Source: a virus. From it: a DNA stretch of 64,000 nt. The notes under the pieces were generated by a model, which worked only from the letters and a program-made list of their open reading frames with translations, had not been told where the DNA came from and did not search any database. Position 1 is the stretch's first letter. Each line of letters begins with the position of its first letter. A program made the position numbers and the translations under genes. Of this stretch, positions 46,049-57,037 are shown in pieces. The stretch lies in IMG/VR virus record IMGVR_UViG_3300043772_003377, positions 1 to 64,000 of that record; one strand, 5' to 3'.

Positions 46049-46441
46049 TTAAGAGTTTAATCCGTTAGGACCTCCTAAAGTTATTGCGTTTAATTGAGTT
46101 ATAGGTTTTCCGTATCCGTCAGTCCAAACAGGATGAGGAGGAACTATTTCGGTGAAAGTTCCGGTAGTACAAGTCTCAACACATACTATGGTTTCGGTAT
46201 TTGCACTTTTTGGTAGGTTAATTAAACAATTAAAACAAACATCAAAAGATTCTGATAATGTTATTGATGAATAACTTCCAGAGTCTCCGGTTAAAATTGT
46301 GAAACAAGATGTAATAGGAATCCCTCCATCGGTAATCTCTAATTGGTAAACACCATTAATTGTTAGAGAATCATCAACAATTGTTGATGAGGAATATTCA
46401 AAATTAGTATCACAATCTTTATAAATGTAGTAAGATGCCAT
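46049..46441 (-). CDS. Small Cys-containing virion-associated protein, paralog of 50457-50696
   Basis: C-terminal PPHPVWTDGYG...NAITLGG.NGLN. Confidence 0.7.
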   Translation of the reverse strand: MASYYIYKDCDTNFEYSSSTIVDDSLTINGVYQLEITDGGIPITSCFTILTGDSGSYSSITLSESFDVCFNCLINLPKSANTETIVCVETCTTGTFTEIVPPHPVWTDGYGKPITQLNAITLGGPNGLNS

Positions 46442-46501
46442 AGTTTTTTATATTATAAATATCTAATTTATTTGTAATTTTATTTTAAATTATTTATATT
46501 T

Positions 46502-47509
46502 TTATTCGCCTACCCATCTTGCTTGGAACCAAGACCTTGACGCGAATTGACTTCTTGAATTTGATGCTCCACCAACATTTACAATGTTTATGAAATCAGT
46601 TGATCCGTTTAGATATACAATTTTTGTTATTGTTTGAGCCACCGAGTTAAAAGAACCCGCGGCAGCAACAATTACATTATTTTTCTTAATTCCCATACTC
46701 GCTTCAGTATTTCTATAAACATCATACGACGCAGTAATTTCCCAATAACCTACCTTTTGCGGTGTAAATGTATAATTAGATGTATTAAACCAACTACTTG
46801 ATACATTAACCGAATTACTTACAATACTATATCTACAAGGATCTTCAGTAAATGAACCCGGTAAGTTATAAGTTATATCCTCAGTTGTTGCTTCAAGTAA
46901 ATAAAGAGTTGGTACAAGATTTGTGGATACACTATTCCCTAAAGTAGTCAAATCAAAATACCCACCTCTAGCATTACCACCCTGCTCAAAGATTCTTAAT
47001 CTATTTTGATAAACATCAATTGTTATACCATCACCCGAAAGTGACGTGTTGGTTGCCGCTTTCCCTAATAAAATCTCACCTCCTTCATCCCCTGATTGAA
47101 ACAAAAGACTTAATTTAGCGCCATCAAAAGTAATAAGTGATTCTGCGTTTAATTCGCCAACGTTTCCTGTTGCCGTAATTATTCTGTTGTTTACATTATT
47201 TAATATAGTCACTCCAGAATCAGTCCCACCTGTATAAGCGGTTGTTTGTATGGTGTCATCAGGAAAAGTTAGACCTGTCGAAGAAAAACTCCAGGCAGTT
47301 CCGATTCCATAGGAGAAGTTAATGTCAACATCTGTTTCGTTTGCAACAACGGCAGTTCCAGGTGCCGTTGGCCCACTACTTATAGAAGTTGGGATTGGTA
47401 AATTTGAATAAGTGTTAGCAGAAATTGTATCTGTAATAATTGTTGTTGAATTTATTTCAGATATTGTTTGTCCTGATAAATTATTTACTATGTATTTTGT
47501 TATTGACAT
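46502..47509 (-). CDS. Fibre-associated protein with a C-terminal C1q/TNF-like domain
   Basis: LTFPD.TIQTTA fibre motif and FN.SNYTFTP...GYW.I.A...IVYLNG.TD.I; N-terminus resembles the 19256 ORF. Confidence 0.65.
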   Translation of the reverse strand: MSITKYIVNNLSGQTISEINSTTIITDTISANTYSNLPIPTSISSGPTAPGTAVVANETDVDINFSYGIGTAWSFSSTGLTFPDDTIQTTAYTGGTDSGVTILNNVNNRIITATGNVGELNAESLITFDGAKLSLLFQSGDEGGEILLGKAATNTSLSGDGITIDVYQNRLRIFEQGGNARGGYFDLTTLGNSVSTNLVPTLYLLEATTEDITYNLPGSFTEDPCRYSIVSNSVNVSSSWFNTSNYTFTPQKVGYWEITASYDVYRNTEASMGIKKNNVIVAAAGSFNSVAQTITKIVYLNGSTDFINIVNVGGASNSRSQFASRSWFQARWVGE

Positions 47510-47511
47510 TT

Positions 47512-50454
47512 TTATTCATTTATATTTTTTATTGTTAATACATCTGATTCGTCATAGTATGATAACCTATTTGTTAATGATGAATTTTTAAAAATCTGAC
47601 AAGTGTATAATTCATAAACAGATGGTGTTTGACTAACACCCGTAACGGTAACAATAACACCATTAGAATAAACTGAATCTACCGTTATTGATATATCTTC
47701 CGTACCACCAAATACAGATCCGGTTATTGTTAATATTTCTCCAACCGCATATCCAGTACCACCCTGATTTAATACTACACTATTAACTAATCCATCAACA
47801 ACCTCAACATCAAATGTTGCGTTTTCACCACCAGTACCTTGTGCAAATATATTAGGGTATGAACCTGTGACACCTGTTACACTACTCACAAACCAATTAT
47901 TAGGGATAATGTTCCAAGTGCTACCGGAGTCCGAACTATATAATAAAATTACAATGTCAACACCACTTCTTTCCTGCATTCTAACTTTGATAGGATATGT
48001 TCCACCTGTTAATGTTATAGGATACTGATTTCCGTTCGGAAGATTTCCACTATCACCATGCCCCCCATACCAATCAGCAACTTTAATTCCATTAATGAAT
48101 GCGTCTGAACCATCATCACTACTTAATCCAAAATAGTATGTATTGTTGGAAGGAATGTTTATAATACCTTCAATTACCATTCCATAGTCACTTTGATCAA
48201 CACCTGTTTGTGTTGAATATGAAACGCCCTGAATATTAGGAGAATTGTATGTATCAAAAAGAGGACTATTATTTATTAGATAATCCATTTCTGTTTCATT
48301 AGTTGGGTAAGTATATGTTGAATCGGCAGGTTTATAAATTTTAACACTTAGTTTGTTATTAATTGAAAACCCATTTATAGTGCCCGAAGAACCGCCAATT
48401 TCAGTTCCTGGTATTGTTATTGTATCACCTACTTGGTATAACTTACCTGATGTATTACCACTGACACCTATTACAGTATTCCCCGAAACTTCAACATCAA
48501 AAGACGCATTAATACCGTTACCGTTTGTTGTTCCGGTTAAATTAGTGTAAATACCATCGGTTGCTCCAGTACCTAAAGCGTTATATGTAAACGCAGTTAT
48601 AATACCGTAATTTGTTGTAAAATCAACATTATTTACATATGTGTCAACGATATTCCATTGGAAGAATTCCCCAATTGTGTTATTGTAAAAGTTATCAGGA
48701 ATTGTATTATTGTAGAAGTATTCACCAATAGTATTATTATAAAAATAATTCCCGATCCTATTACCTTGATTAGATGAACCACCAAATCCAAAATCAGGTG
48801 CAATAGAATTGTTACTAAATAAATTTCCAATTTGGTTATATGAGAACTTATCACCAACTGTATTGTTATTAAATTCGTTTCCAATTACATTAAATTGAAC
48901 ATCTCCAAGTGTATCATTTGAGTAAAAATCATTACCAATCTTATTTCCACTAAAATCATATAACCCAATAGTTAAATTGGTTCCGATATCATTATTATTA
49001 AAAACGTGTTCAATATTATTTTCGTAGAAATTTGAATATATGGTATTACCATTATAACCGTTTCCAATTAAATTACGATAAAATTCTGAATAGATTTCAT
49101 TTTGATTATATCCATTACCAATATCATTATTATAGAAGTCATCATAAATTTTATTATCATTAAACTGGTTTCCTATTTCATTATTTTGAAAATCATTATT
49201 AGTCCAAACATTATTATTAAAATTATTTCCAATATTGTTTCTATAAAAATCACTACCTAGTAAAGTGTTACCATAAAAATCACTACCAATTCTATTATTA
49301 TTGAAATTTGATGTGATGTAATTGTTCCTAAAATTTTCCCCAATTATGTTACCGTCAAAGTCATCATTTGTTGAGTTGTTATAAAAACTATCACCTATTT
49401 GATTATTATCACAATCATCGTTAAATGTGTTATTATAAGAACCGTTACCAATGGTGTTGTTTCTAAATGAACCATTTAATAATACATTATTTGCAAGTAA
49501 AAAATCTCCAGTACCAAATTCTAAATGTAAATTAGAATAGTTACCAATATAGTTATTAACCGCGCCACCATCATCAATAGCATCACCAAATGTTGTGTAT
49601 TCGTAAACTTGATTTTGTCTTATATTAGGTTGATAATAACTCATTATACCATCGTCATTTCCAAAATAATAAAGTGAGTCAGTAGTTTCATTTATTGTCA
49701 CACCTGATATAATTGCTAAAGAATTACTCTCTACAGAGATGATTTCAAAAAACACAGGATCTAAATTTCGTACTGAAACAATGTCACCAGTTGAGAAATT
49801 TGAAACAAATGTTGTACCTGTATTACCATATAACACTGCAGTTGTCCCTGTTAAACCACTTATACCAACAAGACCACTTAATGGACTATCTTCGTCATAT
49901 GAATATCCATTATATCTTTTAAATAAGATACTTCTGTGATCGTAGTCGGTTCTGTTATTGTATTGATCAATTCTTTCTGTAATTCTACCTTTTGCTGGAC
50001 CACTAGTGATTTCAGTCGTATCCCAAGTAATATCGTAAGTTATATGATCTTGAGGGTATAATGCGGAATATATGGTAGGTGAAAAATCTGTTGTAGATAT
50101 CGCCAATAATAATATAGGCTCTGTTGTTCCTGTTTTATAATTACCTGTAGTAATAGGGTTTTTGGTATTATCGTAGTTTGGTTGGTCATAACACGTTTGG
50201 AAATCTGTTATTAAATAATAAGAACCTTCAGTTAAACTTGATGAACCAATTAAACTGGTTAATTCTGAATACGTAACTTCGGTAACTCCACTCGACCCTG
50301 AAGACCCGCTTAGTATATAAGTTTTAAGGTCGTTTAATGTTGTATGTTTTGTTTCTCCCAAAACACCTAAATAACTTACGTTTACAAATAAGTCACCAGG
50401 AGTATATCCTGTGTAACCAACGTAAGGTAAATCTGAAATTCTAATATCTTCCAT
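47512..50454 (-). CDS. Fibre/spike-like beta-solenoid protein with a PA14 domain
   Basis: F.NN.IGN.F..N repeats and YYFGLSSDDGS...ING..V..W.G.H...LT.G.YPI.V...E (PA14); paralog of 16260-19250. Confidence 0.75.
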   Translation of the reverse strand: MEDIRISDLPYVGYTGYTPGDLFVNVSYLGVLGETKHTTLNDLKTYILSGSSGSSGVTEVTYSELTSLIGSSSLTEGSYYLITDFQTCYDQPNYDNTKNPITTGNYKTGTTEPILLLAISTTDFSPTIYSALYPQDHITYDITWDTTEITSGPAKGRITERIDQYNNRTDYDHRSILFKRYNGYSYDEDSPLSGLVGISGLTGTTAVLYGNTGTTFVSNFSTGDIVSVRNLDPVFFEIISVESNSLAIISGVTINETTDSLYYFGNDDGIMSYYQPNIRQNQVYEYTTFGDAIDDGGAVNNYIGNYSNLHLEFGTGDFLLANNVLLNGSFRNNTIGNGSYNNTFNDDCDNNQIGDSFYNNSTNDDFDGNIIGENFRNNYITSNFNNNRIGSDFYGNTLLGSDFYRNNIGNNFNNNVWTNNDFQNNEIGNQFNDNKIYDDFYNNDIGNGYNQNEIYSEFYRNLIGNGYNGNTIYSNFYENNIEHVFNNNDIGTNLTIGLYDFSGNKIGNDFYSNDTLGDVQFNVIGNEFNNNTVGDKFSYNQIGNLFSNNSIAPDFGFGGSSNQGNRIGNYFYNNTIGEYFYNNTIPDNFYNNTIGEFFQWNIVDTYVNNVDFTTNYGIITAFTYNALGTGATDGIYTNLTGTTNGNGINASFDVEVSGNTVIGVSGNTSGKLYQVGDTITIPGTEIGGSSGTINGFSINNKLSVKIYKPADSTYTYPTNETEMDYLINNSPLFDTYNSPNIQGVSYSTQTGVDQSDYGMVIEGIINIPSNNTYYFGLSSDDGSDAFINGIKVADWYGGHGDSGNLPNGNQYPITLTGGTYPIKVRMQERSGVDIVILLYSSDSGSTWNIIPNNWFVSSVTGVTGSYPNIFAQGTGGENATFDVEVVDGLVNSVVLNQGGTGYAVGEILTITGSVFGGTEDISITVDSVYSNGVIVTVTGVSQTPSVYELYTCQIFKNSSLTNRLSYYDESDVLTIKNINE

Positions 50455-50456
50455 TT

Positions 50457-50696
50457 TTATCCATTTAATCCATTACCTCCAATTAAAACAGCGTCTTTTA
50501 ATAGTACTTCAATACCATAAGAATTTGTCCAAGTTGGTTTTGGTGGGTTTATTTTAACTAAAGTATAAATAGTGGTACTATCCCCAATATAATATAGAGT
50601 ATCTTGAGTAATTATTGGTTTATAATTCTCAGTAACCAATCTAAAAACTGATTTTTTGATACAAGTTGTACATATTACACCTGTTTGATTACTCAT
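50457..50696 (-). CDS. Small protein, paralog of 46049-46441
   Basis: C-terminal PPKPTWTNSYG...DAVLIGGNGLN. Confidence 0.65.
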   Translation of the reverse strand: MSNQTGVICTTCIKKSVFRLVTENYKPIITQDTLYYIGDSTTIYTLVKINPPKPTWTNSYGIEVLLKDAVLIGGNGLNG

Positions 50697-52162
50697 TATT
50701 TATAGTTAACTATTTGAAATTTTATTTGTTTTTTATAAATACTAATTTCACCCGAACTTTCCACTTTAATATCAATATAATATTCGTTTGGAATTTTGTC
50801 CCTAGTGTCAAAGATAAAATAATACTCGTTTGGAGTTCTATTTATTTGAGTCCAATCTTGAACTTGAACTTCCGTTTGACCTTCTCTAACATAAATTCTA
50901 TATTCGGCATGAACTTTATTTAATAATTTGTTTGTTGTGTAGGCCTGTTTAATTATAACACCAACTTTTCTAATATCGGTATTGAAAATTTTCTCGTCTT
51001 GTTTAATACCATAAAAATCAAATCCATAAAGTTTTGGTTCTACTGAATTAGTCCCAATCTGTAATGAACTTTTCAATGGTAATAATGTAAATTCGTTAAA
51101 AATATCCGGTAAAGAAAAACCATTTAATGTTATATTAGTCCATTTGTCCGTAAACGTACAAGGAGTTTTATAACCTAATAATGGTGGTATTGTAACTTCA
51201 TAAACACCTTTTGTTCTCCTACAACTTGTTAAACCTGTTAAACCCGCAATAGGTTCACCTGAATTATCCAGTATGTTAACTTCGGGAGTATAATCCAAAT
51301 TAACAGGAATTCCATTATCGTAAACATATAGATATAATTTATTTACTTTACCTAAAGTAAAAAGATTTCTGTCATCATCGATTAAATCGTTATAAATTGT
51401 TTCAAGAAAAGGTTCGTAAAATGTTTGTGTATGTCTTGTAAAAAATTGAACTTCGTAAGATTCACTTAATCCTGATAAATTTTCTAATTGAGGTTTAAAA
51501 GCGATTACCCAACCTGAAACATTATCTAATGTACCATCAAGAATCTGATTGATTTCATTTGTCATATCAAATTCAATATTTTCATTACCAAATTCAAAAT
51601 GTTGCTCCGCAATTTTTGTTAACGCGCTATAAGGATAAAACCCTTCGTTATTATTGTTATATAATCCAGGTTCATCCCAAACTCCAATAGTTGTCGTTTG
51701 ATACCAATTTGACGGTCTATCGGAAAAATTTTTATCCGAATCGGAAATTGTGTATTGTAAATCAGCGAAATCATACCCAACACCCTCATCCCAAATTTGG
51801 GGTGTGTCAGGGTTGTAATCAATAAAAGGTATTCTAAATAATTCTAAATCAAACGAGGTCGCTCTTTTCCTTCCTTGCGAAGTTGAGGTATTTAAGAATT
51901 CTAAATCAAATGTTGATGTATTAGTCATTCTTAAAATGTGTTTCATATTATTAACACAATCATTTGAAATAGTTCCGTCAATTACTTTATTTTTTAATAA
52001 AGTTAAATCTAAATTAAAGATGAATCTACTAAAACCAGTAGGATACTGAGTCGAAATAGGTGTTCCAAAAAATAGTTCGGTGACAGGGTTTCTACCTGTA
52101 TTAGTAAAACTATTTGATATTAATGTATTATTTTTACTAAAGTAAGAATTATTAATTGACAT
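50696..52162 (-). CDS. Hypothetical virion structural protein (488 aa)
   Basis: Long ORF between the spike and fibre genes; late motif at 52180. Confidence 0.7.
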   Translation of the reverse strand: MSINNSYFSKNNTLISNSFTNTGRNPVTELFFGTPISTQYPTGFSRFIFNLDLTLLKNKVIDGTISNDCVNNMKHILRMTNTSTFDLEFLNTSTSQGRKRATSFDLELFRIPFIDYNPDTPQIWDEGVGYDFADLQYTISDSDKNFSDRPSNWYQTTTIGVWDEPGLYNNNNEGFYPYSALTKIAEQHFEFGNENIEFDMTNEINQILDGTLDNVSGWVIAFKPQLENLSGLSESYEVQFFTRHTQTFYEPFLETIYNDLIDDDRNLFTLGKVNKLYLYVYDNGIPVNLDYTPEVNILDNSGEPIAGLTGLTSCRRTKGVYEVTIPPLLGYKTPCTFTDKWTNITLNGFSLPDIFNEFTLLPLKSSLQIGTNSVEPKLYGFDFYGIKQDEKIFNTDIRKVGVIIKQAYTTNKLLNKVHAEYRIYVREGQTEVQVQDWTQINRTPNEYYFIFDTRDKIPNEYYIDIKVESSGEISIYKKQIKFQIVNYK

Positions 52163-52187
52163 TATAAAGTTGTTTAACTTATAAATA

Positions 52188-53774
52188 TCAATTAATTCGG
52201 ATATTTTGATTTAGAATTGTATTTTCTGCATTAGATAATAATTCCTCGATTGTTTGAATCGTAACTCCACTACCCTCACTTTGTTTACAAGGAGACATAA
52301 ATGCTATTGGGTGTACGTGGTCTCGTAAAAATACAAACATAATTCTAATTAAAGATAATAATTCTTCCCCTCTTACAGATGAATATGTTAAATTTTGAAT
52401 ACTATTTTCGTTACCCACAAATTTATCTTGAGGGATACCATATAAAGTTTCATTTAAATTTATCCCTCCTTTAGGTCCTATAGAATCTTGAGATAATAAA
52501 TATAATTTTTGAGCACCCATAACTCCATAACTTGTTGGTGTTGGAGTATATTTTGACGGAGTTATTTCAGTTGTTTTTATTTCTTTTTGAGGTCCAAAAA
52601 TAGGTTTATCCTTATTTAACCCTGAAACAATAAAAAAACCTTTTTGTTTATTTAAAGATATTTCGGTTGAGAATTTTGAAAAATTGGCAAATTCTTTAGT
52701 ATCTACCGACAAATCTGTTAAATTAAATTTACTACCTTTCAAATAAGTTATTTTGTTTGGAGTTACCAAAAATGGGAATTGATCGGTTATTTCATAAGTT
52801 AAGGGCGAGCTATATCCCGGTAGTCCAGGTAAATTAATCTTATTCTTTAAAACACCATAAATATATAAATTTATCAGATTTACCGTATCAACAAATGACG
52901 AACCACTAAATGATGCCAAACTTTCATTAATTATTTTATAGTCAATTCCTTCATTATATTTTGTGATTGTCTGTCTGTCGGCGGTCGTTGTTGTTATTTG
53001 ACTATTTATCACATCATATAAAGCGATTTGTCCCGTAAAGGAGTCTTGGTCGTTTTCTAAATTGATTATTGTCCAAATAACCATCTTCTTAATTTCTTGT
53101 GACTTTTCTTTTGTGGATATTATAGTTTCCGTATTACCCTCTTCTTTTTTAGTGTCAAAATGTGATAGCTGAATAAATGACCTATTAATATTTGATGTTG
53201 GGGTTAATGTAGTATCTAATTCTCCGTTGTATTTACCTGATCTAAGTAGTACTTCATTTTTTTTAACAATAACGTCAGAATTACCTCGACCTAATAATGA
53301 ATTATCTCCGGGGTCAGGAAAAATACCGGCACTATCACCGGTATACACTACTAAATTATTTAAAGAAAATTGAGTTCCTTGTGCTAGCATTGATTTAGCA
53401 ACTCGATAATCTTCTTTTTTAATATTTCTCACGTCAGTTAAAACGTTAGAAATGTAAAATTGATTTTTAAATTCATACCTATTATCGTAATAAATTACGT
53501 TAACATATTCGTCTTTTAAAGGTACAGGATTAATTGTGTAGGGTAATAAAGGTAAAAATAATTTTGGGTCATTAGTATCCCACTCTTTATAATTTGGGCT
53601 GGCAGATCCGGTTGCGGACATAACTTTACCCTCAACCTCAATTCTTAGTCTACCTAACTTTCTTGGGTCATCGCTACTAATAACCTTACCAGGAAACAAA
53701 ACTTGAGTGATTTGTTTTTCTTGAATGTACTGGTCAACAACCTCCCTAATTAAAGAGTTATCCGGTTTATTCAT
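52188..53774 (-). CDS. Baseplate hub/central spike protein (gp5/VgrG OB-fold-like)
   Basis: GKVISSDDPRKLGRLRI...PLLP....VP...E.V.V OB-fold motif and a C-terminal HVHP metal-binding spike tip. Confidence 0.75.
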   Translation of the reverse strand: MNKPDNSLIREVVDQYIQEKQITQVLFPGKVISSDDPRKLGRLRIEVEGKVMSATGSASPNYKEWDTNDPKLFLPLLPYTINPVPLKDEYVNVIYYDNRYEFKNQFYISNVLTDVRNIKKEDYRVAKSMLAQGTQFSLNNLVVYTGDSAGIFPDPGDNSLLGRGNSDVIVKKNEVLLRSGKYNGELDTTLTPTSNINRSFIQLSHFDTKKEEGNTETIISTKEKSQEIKKMVIWTIINLENDQDSFTGQIALYDVINSQITTTTADRQTITKYNEGIDYKIINESLASFSGSSFVDTVNLINLYIYGVLKNKINLPGLPGYSSPLTYEITDQFPFLVTPNKITYLKGSKFNLTDLSVDTKEFANFSKFSTEISLNKQKGFFIVSGLNKDKPIFGPQKEIKTTEITPSKYTPTPTSYGVMGAQKLYLLSQDSIGPKGGINLNETLYGIPQDKFVGNENSIQNLTYSSVRGEELLSLIRIMFVFLRDHVHPIAFMSPCKQSEGSGVTIQTIEELLSNAENTILNQNIRIN

Positions 53775-53985
53775 TAGTCTTAGTCCTTTCTTCGTATTCT
53801 TTAAGAATTAAATTATAAGTGTTTTCTAATTTATCTAAATGATTTGTCATTCTGATTAAATTTGATTTGGTTTCCTCAAAATCCTCTTTTATAAAGTCTA
53901 ACGCAAATATTAAATCTTTGTTATTAGATGATTTATAATCTTTAACAATTTTTAAAACTTTTTCTGCCTGTTCTTTTTTTGTCAT
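53767..53985 (-). CDS. Small coiled-coil hypothetical protein
   Basis: Overlapping ORF in the operon. Confidence 0.65.
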   Translation of the reverse strand: MTKKEQAEKVLKIVKDYKSSNNKDLIFALDFIKEDFEETKSNLIRMTNHLDKLENTYNLILKEYEERTKTNE

Positions 53986-53987
53986 AA

Positions 53988-55904
53988 TTAAAACTTTTTA
54001 CCTGATGTCGTTAAGGGAAAGGTAACTAATGTTGGTGCAACAATTAATGATGGTATTGGTATATCTGTTCTACCGTTTTCCGCTTCTTCACTTGCCATAG
54101 CCTTCATCTGTCCAAAACGAGACAATAAATCTAAATTAGGACTACCATCAGGTAAAGTCCCTGTTGGAATTCCCAAACTTTGAAATTCGTCTATCATCCC
54201 TATAAATGCTCTTGTTTCGGAATATCCATCTAAAAATTTTGAAAGTATTAATAATGGTAATGGAACTCCGTTCGGATTATTTGGTATTAATTTTAATAAG
54301 GATAAAATATCGTCTATAACACTTTTACACTTTCTCCAATCCTGAATTAGGTTAGCAACAACTATTAATATCTCGGTTAATTTAGCAATCATTTTGAGTT
54401 TTTTATTGTTACTTTCTTTAAGAATATCCGAAATAACTTGTTGAACTAGCACTTTAATATCTTTTTTAATTAATTCAAATAATTCCTCAATAAAAAGTGC
54501 TCCTACCTTAGAGACCAAATTAACGACTAATCCGTAGAATTGTCTTGTAAATTGTACAAATGAATCAATGATGTCTACAATATCATTACCCAAACCTTTA
54601 AATGCGATATAAATAGGTAGTAACACTTTAGGAGATAATAACGAAACTATTAGTCCTTGGGACATAAGTTTTACAAAATTAACATTTAAAGTTGCCTGTA
54701 TATCGAACCCATTAAATTGTGGGTCATTGTTTACTTGATTAGTTAGATTATCGGCCTCGTCAATTAAATTATTACCCTCAACAAATACTAAATTATTTAA
54801 GGAATTTATAATTGCATTTGAGTCAACAGGAATATCCACATAGTCACATTCCAAAAATTTAACAACACCATTTCTTATATTCGCAACTCTTTCCTCAATT
54901 GTGGATAAATCATTATCCGTAAATTCAAAAAACGAATCGTCAGCCCCATCCAACTCACTAACTTTAGCGTTCCCACTAACATTTATTTCTTTATCTTCAT
55001 CAAAACATAAACCTAAAATTCTTTGTAATATTATTTGGAATTTTGTCATATCTTCAATTTGAAACTGCCCCGCACCAATACTGATAGAAATCATTCCGGT
55101 AAGTTGTTCCATAATTGACGCAACAATATTCTCAAATTCAACAACTTTAATAGTTTTGAAATAATCTAATAAAAACTCAGAAATTAAAAACCTACCTCCT
55201 CTATTTCTAATATCTACTTTATACCACCCTCCACCTTCTCCTGTAACTGGATGCGATTCTAAAAATGTTATATCGAATAATGGTTGATTTGATTTACCTA
55301 AATAATCAGTCCCGTATTGTGAATTAAAACTAACACCAGGAAATTGTATTCTGTTATATAACTCTTTATTAGTTGAGTTTGGTCTGTCGTTAGGGGCTAA
55401 TGTTCTTTTTTCATATAAACATTTACCCTCAATATCGTTAGGGTCTATTTTTAATAAATCGGATAAATCGATAGATTTAACTTTAATATAAACGGTAGTG
55501 TTTTGATTGAATGCTTGTTGCTGATCACAACCAACCACCTTAAAAATTTCTTTATATAGAATATCTAAAACTTTAGGTTCAATATTATTTAAAGCCTTTA
55601 AAAAAGTTCTCTTAATATAATTGTATGTATTACCACCATTTTCATTTGTTAGTGTTAATACTTCTAATAAATGTTCAAATTGAGTTTTAAGATTTTTTTT
55701 AAATTTTTTTGACTTTTGAGTTATGTCATCGGCGTTTTTTTTTGTATTTGAAAGTTTTTTGTTTGTTTTAACCTTACTTTCCTCAAAAGAATTGACCGCC
55801 TTTTTTTTAAGTTTAGAATACTGATTCTGTAAATCTTTATAATTTTTTATAGATTTAACCTTATCCTTAGCCTTTTTATAATCATTTTCTAAATCTAAAG
55901 ACAT
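53988..55904 (-). CDS. Hypothetical protein (638 aa)
   Basis: Long ORF in the baseplate region. Confidence 0.75.
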   Translation of the reverse strand: MSLDLENDYKKAKDKVKSIKNYKDLQNQYSKLKKKAVNSFEESKVKTNKKLSNTKKNADDITQKSKKFKKNLKTQFEHLLEVLTLTNENGGNTYNYIKRTFLKALNNIEPKVLDILYKEIFKVVGCDQQQAFNQNTTVYIKVKSIDLSDLLKIDPNDIEGKCLYEKRTLAPNDRPNSTNKELYNRIQFPGVSFNSQYGTDYLGKSNQPLFDITFLESHPVTGEGGGWYKVDIRNRGGRFLISEFLLDYFKTIKVVEFENIVASIMEQLTGMISISIGAGQFQIEDMTKFQIILQRILGLCFDEDKEINVSGNAKVSELDGADDSFFEFTDNDLSTIEERVANIRNGVVKFLECDYVDIPVDSNAIINSLNNLVFVEGNNLIDEADNLTNQVNNDPQFNGFDIQATLNVNFVKLMSQGLIVSLLSPKVLLPIYIAFKGLGNDIVDIIDSFVQFTRQFYGLVVNLVSKVGALFIEELFELIKKDIKVLVQQVISDILKESNNKKLKMIAKLTEILIVVANLIQDWRKCKSVIDDILSLLKLIPNNPNGVPLPLLILSKFLDGYSETRAFIGMIDEFQSLGIPTGTLPDGSPNLDLLSRFGQMKAMASEEAENGRTDIPIPSLIVAPTLVTFPLTTSGKKF

Positions 55905-56275
55905 TATTTTTTCATTTTAAAAGGTGTATTGTTATCAACGTCTTTGTTAATTAACTCTGATAATATGTTATCGTCAACATCTAAATCAGATAGAGAGAAC
56001 GATTCTTGGGTTGAATTCGTTTTCTCCCAAATACTGGATTGTAGTTTAGAAAGTGCCAATTTTTTATCGACACAATCATTCACTATTTTTTGTTGTTTCT
56101 CGATTACAGGACCTATTAGAGTCATATCTTCAGGTTCTTTCATCATCGCTAACATTTTATTTTGAATCCTAATGGCGGTAGTTCTTTGTTCTACCAATTC
56201 ATTATAAATCTCTTGCATTAGAGATAAAATAGATTCTTTAGTTAAATTTATTTCTTTTTTTGGAGGTCTTCCCAT
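55904..56275 (-). CDS. Hypothetical coiled-coil protein
   Basis: ORF with the late motif at 56280. Confidence 0.7.
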   Translation of the reverse strand: MGRPPKKEINLTKESILSLMQEIYNELVEQRTTAIRIQNKMLAMMKEPEDMTLIGPVIEKQQKIVNDCVDKKLALSKLQSSIWEKTNSTQESFSLSDLDVDDNILSELINKDVDNNTPFKMKK

Positions 56276-56287
56276 AATGTATAAATA

Positions 56288-57037
56288 TTATTTTACCATA
56301 TTTTGAATTAGGTTCTCATATATTATTTTATATTTTTTCATTGAATTCCTAATTTCTTTGGTACTTAGATTAGTCATTTCTCTTATTGATAATAAAATAA
56401 TATTTTTATTAAATTTATTATTATCATTACCGATAAAAATATCATCATAATCTTCAAATATATCATATAACGCCTTACCCAATTTAACTTCATTTTCGGT
56501 TAAATCTTTTTTAATCAAAAATAAATCAAGTTCCTTTAAAAAATTTTTAATTACTAATTCAGAGTCCATATGTTCCCTATCTATAGTATATGAGAATTCT
56601 TCATTGTTTTCTAAATCAGATGAAATGTCTTCGTAAGATATTTTACGATTAGTTTCTTTTTGGTCTTTTATTATTTGACCCATAAGGTAATTCTTACATA
56701 TCGTACCAAAATAAGAATACGCTTTTTTCTCTTTTGACGGTTTAAACTTCTCAAGTTTTGTCATAAGGAAGGAGTGAGTATCTATATGGATTTCATAAAA
56801 ATCCATATCTTTTCTATATAATTTATATCTTCTAATAATTGAAGATATCATTTTGTCTAAAGGTTTTCTTAAAAACTCATTATATATTTTATTTCTATCC
56901 TCTAAGGAAGTGGCCTCTAAGAATCTTATAACGGCCATTTCCTCTCGGACATCAAAATAATTAGTTTGAGTTGGTTTTCGACCTTTCTTCTTAACTTCGA
57001 AACCAGTTTCTAATATTTGTGGAGTATTTTCTGACAT
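56288..57037 (-). CDS. Phage RNA polymerase sigma factor (T4 gp55-like)
   Basis: NYF...E, RNKIY...L and KF.P.K.KKAYSYFGTICKNYL resemble sigma region 2 (gp55 NFD..K..NP.AY.T..C.NAF). Confidence 0.7.
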   Translation of the reverse strand: MSENTPQILETGFEVKKKGRKPTQTNYFDVREEMAVIRFLEATSLEDRNKIYNEFLRKPLDKMISSIIRRYKLYRKDMDFYEIHIDTHSFLMTKLEKFKPSKEKKAYSYFGTICKNYLMGQIIKDQKETNRKISYEDISSDLENNEEFSYTIDREHMDSELVIKNFLKELDLFLIKKDLTENEVKLGKALYDIFEDYDDIFIGNDNNKFNKNIILLSIREMTNLSTKEIRNSMKKYKIIYENLIQNMVK

